Positions 56,151 through 58,788 of a stretch of DNA of 58,788 nucleotides are shown here, one piece after another. The first letter of the stretch is position 1, and each line of letters begins with the position of its first letter. This DNA comes from a virus. Taxonomy: Duplodnaviria; Caudoviricetes. A program made the position numbers and the translations under genes. Under the pieces are notes generated by a model. It was not told where the DNA came from, did not search any database, and was given only the letters and a program-made list of their open reading frames with translations. The stretch lies in the IMG/VR virus record IMGVR_UViG_3300020420_000017, positions 1 through 58,788 of that record; one strand, given 5' to 3'.

Positions 56151-56914
56151 TATACCACCGTAAAGTTTCCGTTAACCGTTATACTAACACCAGAATCGAC
56201 TGTGATTGGTCCGATTACTGATGCATTTTTACCAGAGTCAATTGTTATGCTACTAATAATATTTTGTGAGTTAACTCTTATTGGTACATTATTTATAACT
56301 AATGATGAATCTAAGTTAGAGACCTGCACTGCAGCATCGGCAAGTGTACCATTTGTTACCGAACCTGTGACTGGTGTAAATACACCTGCTTTAACACCAA
56401 GATCAACAACTCTTAAAACTGAGTTAGAGTCAAGAGCAGAATCAAATGATATTGTACTTCCACTTAGAGTAAAATTATTTTGAGCCTGTACTACACCATC
56501 AATACTTACTAATAAAGCACCTTTTGCAGATGGTGTAAAATTTAAACCACAACTATCAGACTCACCAAGAAAAGTTCTTGTAAATTCTGAAAACGTTTTT
56601 AAGTTAGCAGCTAACATGTCTGCTGTAACACCACCTGTTACAATTGGTGGTCCACCTACATCTCCCATAATCATAACGAAACAAGAGTCTCCAGAATCAG
56701 GTGCTGTACTAAATGCTAAATTATTACCACCTGCTTCTAAGTTATAATCAGTACTTGGATTTTGTATCACACCGTTAAGCGATACGATTAACTGATTTAC
56801 GTTACCGACTTGCTTACCAAGAGGGAATGCAGCGGTCGAAGCGTTAAAAGTCCATGACGATACGTCGACTTTTCTAAACTCTCCAAACGTTGGTTGTCTT
56901 CCTATATACGCCAT
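56150..56914 (-). CDS. Virion structural/adaptor fibre protein
   Basis: MAYIGRQP, two VSLNGVIQ/VSIDGVVQ repeats, GPITVDSGVSITVNGNFTVV end. Confidence 0.65.
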   Translation of the reverse strand: MAYIGRQPTFGEFRKVDVSSWTFNASTAAFPLGKQVGNVNQLIVSLNGVIQNPSTDYNLEAGGNNLAFSTAPDSGDSCFVMIMGDVGGPPIVTGGVTADMLAANLKTFSEFTRTFLGESDSCGLNFTPSAKGALLVSIDGVVQAQNNFTLSGSTISFDSALDSNSVLRVVDLGVKAGVFTPVTGSVTNGTLADAAVQVSNLDSSLVINNVPIRVNSQNIISSITIDSGKNASVIGPITVDSGVSITVNGNFTVV

Positions 56915-57636
56915 TATTTTACCTTGTAGAGCGCATAACCGTAGCTGGTAAAAGCAGTTATACTGTTAGTTAAAAAATAAAATCTATCCATTTTTGCAGT
57001 CTTAGCGACAACAAAACTTCCGGAAGTTTCGTAATGATAAGCGTCGTTATGTCTTTTTTCTACAGTGTTCATATATTTGCATCTTGTATATCTTGTGGTT
57101 TCATTAGTATTATAGAATTCAAACTTAAAAGTTGTCATTTCAAAATCATCGCTTCCATCACCGACAAATCCACCTGTAAATAACGCAAAATTGTTTCCAT
57201 CTACATCGCCTTGAGGTGATACACCAGATCCTGAATTATTTGAGTACGCATAAGCGCCCAAATACCTGTAATCTGTAGATCCCGCGACTGCACCAGATTC
57301 TCCAAGTTCTCTAACTCTTCCAGCCCAATATGTGTTCGACGCCGTGGTACTCTTTACGCCATTAAGATGTAAAATTAAATGATTAAAATCTTCAGTAGTA
57401 GGTAAAGTAATTTCTATTTGAGTAACGCCTGTCACGGTTGCAGAAGAACTTGAAAATTTTTCCATAGCGCCTGCTCCACTTATCGTGCCTGTAAATGTAT
57501 AATCACCTGTAAGATCTAATTCAGATGAACCTATTGCGTTTGCAGGTATCTTAGCAGAAGTCACAGCGTCAGCAGCGATCTTTGCTGTAGTTATCGCGTT
57601 ATCTTGAAAACTTGCCGCTCTTAACTTAGTTGTCAT
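56914..57636 (-). CDS. Tail-fibre/adhesin module
   Basis: AITTAKIAADAVTSAKI repeats then beta-rich head. Confidence 0.55.
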   Translation of the reverse strand: MTTKLRAASFQDNAITTAKIAADAVTSAKIPANAIGSSELDLTGDYTFTGTISGAGAMEKFSSSSATVTGVTQIEITLPTTEDFNHLILHLNGVKSTTASNTYWAGRVRELGESGAVAGSTDYRYLGAYAYSNNSGSGVSPQGDVDGNNFALFTGGFVGDGSDDFEMTTFKFEFYNTNETTRYTRCKYMNTVEKRHNDAYHYETSGSFVVAKTAKMDRFYFLTNSITAFTSYGYALYKVK

Positions 57637-58154
57637 CCTGCCACCTCAAATGCTGTTATTGTTGAAAACGAACCAGTTCCACCATTGTTTATCCTTCCAG
57701 TATTATTACCTACTTTAAAATAAGGTTGATATGTTATTGCCGAAGTAGTATTTGGTGAATCTAAAATTTGTAATGTTGCATGGCCATAGTTATAACTACT
57801 TCCGCTAAATAAATTTCCAAAGCCTCTTGTAGGTTCCCCTAAATTTGTTGAGTCTCTAAATAAAGTTAGAAATATAGAATGTGTACCAGTTGGACTTCCA
57901 TATGACATACTACATGTAACAAATATTTTATTTGATGCAGACGATGGAGTTATAGAAACTGACAAAGTATTTGATGCAGCAACAAATGACGTAGATGTAG
58001 TTGTTCTTTCTGTACTATCTGTAGCAGTGACAACTTGTAATATCTGACCCGGTGCAACAATAGATCCTGCAGCACCACTTATCTTATTTCCACTTGCTAT
58101 ACTAACAGTACTTCCGGTTGCCGCTTGTATTGTATTTGTCTTTAACGTGCTCAT
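57633..58154 (-). CDS. Tail-fibre/adhesin module, family B
   Basis: MSTLKTNTI, APGQILQVV, SITPSSASNKI, LDSPNTTSAITY. Confidence 0.6.
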   Translation of the reverse strand: MSTLKTNTIQAATGSTVSIASGNKISGAAGSIVAPGQILQVVTATDSTERTTTSTSFVAASNTLSVSITPSSASNKIFVTCSMSYGSPTGTHSIFLTLFRDSTNLGEPTRGFGNLFSGSSYNYGHATLQILDSPNTTSAITYQPYFKVGNNTGRINNGGTGSFSTITAFEVAG

Positions 58155-58705
58155 ACTATACTCCATTCACCATTGACTGTTACTGTAAAACCTGAATCAA
58201 TCTGTATCGGTCCTGCGCTCATACCATTACTCGCAGAGTCAATCGTAATGTTTTCTGCAATATTATTTGCGTTCGTTCTTATTATTGAATTAGTTCCTAG
58301 CCAAGGTGTATTAGTGTACTTAACTGCTTGATTTCCAGTAGGTTGATCAGAACTACTTAGTGTTACTGTTGGTGCTGCGACTCCACCTGTAAATGTATCA
58401 CCGCTTCTTTTTGCAGATCCACCTACATCAGTTACCGTGACTTGTGTAACTTCAACCACTTCCAATATATCATTTAAAAACGCTGCAGTTGATAATACTA
58501 CGTTTGAACCTGTAGTCGTGAAGTCACCTTCTGGAGAAAGTTTAGCGCCGTTTAAGAATACGTGGCTTGAACTATCAACACCTGATAATGAAACACCGTT
58601 CGCATCATTACCACTAAAAGTTGTTTGACCTTCAGTAGCGGTAAATCTAAATCTTGTAGTTCTTAACTCTACAGTTTGATTTGCATTTGAACCTATATAA
58701 CTCAT
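58151..58705 (-). CDS. Virion structural/adaptor fibre protein
   Basis: MSYIG, FTATEGQTTF, VFLNG, GPIQIDSGFTVTVNGEWSIV end. Confidence 0.65.
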   Translation of the reverse strand: MSYIGSNANQTVELRTTRFRFTATEGQTTFSGNDANGVSLSGVDSSSHVFLNGAKLSPEGDFTTTGSNVVLSTAAFLNDILEVVEVTQVTVTDVGGSAKRSGDTFTGGVAAPTVTLSSSDQPTGNQAVKYTNTPWLGTNSIIRTNANNIAENITIDSASNGMSAGPIQIDSGFTVTVNGEWSIV

Positions 58706-58788
58706 GCTAAATCTCCAAAAACTCCTACACTCATTGTATTAAAATCTGAGAGAGTAGAAGCATTATATGCTACTCCTGTAAAATTATA
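58702..58788 (-). CDS. 3' end of another family A module (partial)
   Basis: Reads ...SVGVFGDLA*, matching the family A C-terminus. Confidence 0.5.
   Translation of the reverse strand, partial: YNFTGVAYNASTLSDFNTMSVGVFGDLA

Noticed and set aside
261-58628. Plus-strand ORFs and nested alternative-frame minus-strand ORFs in the ORF track
   Set aside because: They overlap well-supported minus-strand genes, lack recognisable motifs and mostly sit in the usual antisense shadow frame.
48135-58788. Diversity-generating retroelement or invertase shufflon behind the fibre modules
   Set aside because: No reverse transcriptase or recombinase in the window, no adenine-specific template/variable repeat pair seen, and all modules are in one orientation.
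1-58788. tRNA or rRNA genes
   Set aside because: Intergenic gaps are short and I saw no cloverleaf or T-loop signature; a tRNAscan run would confirm.

Overview
AT-rich segment of a T4-like (Tevenvirinae/Kyanoviridae-type) myophage genome with essentially every real gene on the minus strand. A marine, probably alphaproteobacterial host is inferred from the low GC and a ROSE-like sHsp leader. In transcription order (right to left) it contains: a ~10.6 kb array of short, paralogous tail-fibre/adhesin modules with assembly chaperones (48.1-58.8 kb); the neck, packaging, tail and head genes (gp13-gp23, gp3); uvsY/uvsW/gp55/gp47/gp46/gp45/gp44/gp62/regA, interrupted by auxiliary genes (glutaredoxin, DadA-like FAD oxidoreductase, glyA, Hsp20, lysozyme, HAD, IscA); gp43, a MazG-like NTP pyrophosphatase and an AEP-type primase; a DNA-modification cluster; then uvsX, gp41, thyX, rnh and a denV-like gene. 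The best candidate for a new system is the cluster at 9.4-15.3 kb. It combines a T4 gp42-type dCMP hydroxymethylase, dCMP deaminase, a mini uracil-DNA-glycosylase-like protein, a BGT-like glycosyltransferase, UDP-galactopyranose mutase, an NDP-sugar epimerase, and a C5-cytosine-methyltransferase-fold protein with a degenerate SAM motif and a clamp-binding-like tail. Together these predict a furanose-sugar (e.g. galactofuranosyl) hypermodified 5hmC. Non-coding signals are a family of (G)TKTACW-N17-TATAAT promoters, a phased TTAACATGTTAA palindrome at four of them, TATAAATA late promoters, a ROSE-like thermometer, and the only plus-strand promoter I found, followed by a G-cluster (candidate R-loop origin). 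All calls come from motif recognition and gene order; no database search was run.
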